Below the pieces are notes generated by a model. It was not told where the DNA came from and did no database searches. It was given only the letters and a program-made list of their open reading frames with translations. A DNA stretch of 64,000 bases from an uncultured delta proteobacterium (GTDB lineage: Bacteria; Desulfobacterota; Binatia; UBA9968), in NCBI GenBank assembly GCA_963840855.1, contig CAWJBB010000083.1, forward strand, positions 1-64,000. The letters run 5' to 3'. The translations under genes were made by a program, and so were the position numbers. Shown here piece after piece: positions 58,631-64,000 of the stretch. The stretch's first letter is position 1, and each line of letters opens with the position of its first letter.

Positions 58631-59455
58631 CCCGCCAAGGCGCAAAGACGCTAAGTTTTAGAAGACTTAACGAAGATTGTCCATAAGCTAATCCTCCGAA
58701 CCTTTGCGCCTTCGCGTCTTTGCGGGAGTATACTCTTCTCCCCGGAATCGGATTTATCTCCCGCCAAGGCGCCAAGACGCAAAGGTTCATTCATCATCGA
58801 GTCCATTCACTACACGCGCGATGCCACGTTTCATTAGCGCTTCACCAAAGTTGAGCAAGAAACCCAGCTTGCATCCGGTTAACCGCAGATAAGTCTGCAC
58901 CTGTTTTTTATGAGCCTCACTTACTCGTTCAACGGACTTTAACTCTACAATTACCTTCTCCTCTACGACAAGATCGGCTCGAAACGCTTCGTCGAAGGTC
59001 ATGCCTTTATAGCGGATCGTGACAGGCACCTGCCGTTCCACTGAAAGTCCACGTTGCAGTAACTCAGCCGCTAAGACAGCCTCGTAAACACTCTCAAGTA
59101 GCCCAGGCCCAAGCTCCCGATGCACGGCGAACGCCGAGTCCAGAGCTATCTTGCCGATCTCGTTTTCAGTCATAACTTAGCGCCTTTGCGCCTTTGCGCG
59201 AGTATACTCTTCTCCGGAATCGGATTTATCTCCCGCCAAGTCGCCAAGGCGCTAAGTTTGGGAAAAGACATCTTATCTCTGAACAATCCGTGCTTTACCT
59301 TGGCGCCCCTTCGACCTTGCTCAGGACATGCTTTGCGCCTTTGCGGGAGATAATCTTTTGCCGATTCGGATTTTATCCCGCCAAGTCGCTAAGTTTAAAA
59401 AATCCACAAGAAGTACCCACCAACAGACGCTCCAAACTTTGCGCCTTTGCGGGAG
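58631..59455. repeat. Array of four nonamer-arm hairpins with conserved ~28-bp linkers
   Basis: Arms cccgccaaggcgc(c/a)aag / ctttgcgcctttgcgggag; linker tatactcttctccggaatcggatttat. Confidence 0.9.
58787..59173 (-). CDS. GxxExxY protein (PD-(D/E)XK nuclease-like)
   Basis: LGPGLLESVYE, FRADLVVE..VIVELKS, QVQTYL, GFLLNF. Confidence 0.95.
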   Translation of the reverse strand: MTENEIGKIALDSAFAVHRELGPGLLESVYEAVLAAELLQRGLSVERQVPVTIRYKGMTFDEAFRADLVVEEKVIVELKSVERVSEAHKKQVQTYLRLTGCKLGFLLNFGEALMKRGIARVVNGLDDE

Positions 59456-59462
59456 AATATCC

Positions 59463-64000
<4,538 letters not shown>

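Noticed and set aside
58631-59455. Repeat-spacer pattern as a CRISPR array
   Set aside because: Repeats are ~80 bp, degenerate and built of inverted arms; one spacer is a gene; no cas genes

Overview
The window is a ~56% GC bacterial region, inferred to come from a Binatia/Binatota-like deltaproteobacterium because it is rich in orphan ABC substrate-binding proteins, amidohydrolases, MmgE/PrpD and Rieske proteins. It has three zones. (1) 1-13.3 kb: a catabolic/transport cluster interrupted by an IS30 and small MITE/REP-like elements. (2) 13.4-44.7 kb: a heavily shuffled accessory and defence mosaic. It contains remnants of a SNF2(DUF3883)/DUF1156 system, an array of eight helically phased 11-mer triads, genes separated by a 32-bp palindrome, HIT/HNH/HNH/GmrSD-DUF4268 nucleases, many toxin-antitoxin pairs and fragments, one intact REP-associated tyrosine transposase (RAYT) with many RAYT fragments and termini that bracket cargo, a duplicated HExxH protease, an IS1111-type IS110 and an IS1182-like IS. 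(3) 44.8-64 kb: enzymes, a FecR/OmpA/CHASE2-PP2C partner-switching module, a second IS1111-type IS110, a sigma54 regulator, a GxxExxY nuclease inside a hairpin array and a very large multi-GAF histidine kinase. Both IS110 elements show a reconstructable target, a circle-junction promoter and guide-like segments in the downstream non-coding region. Many single-base homopolymer frameshifts look like sequencing errors. No rRNA, tRNA or CRISPR array was recognised. All family assignments come from motif recognition by eye, not database searches.
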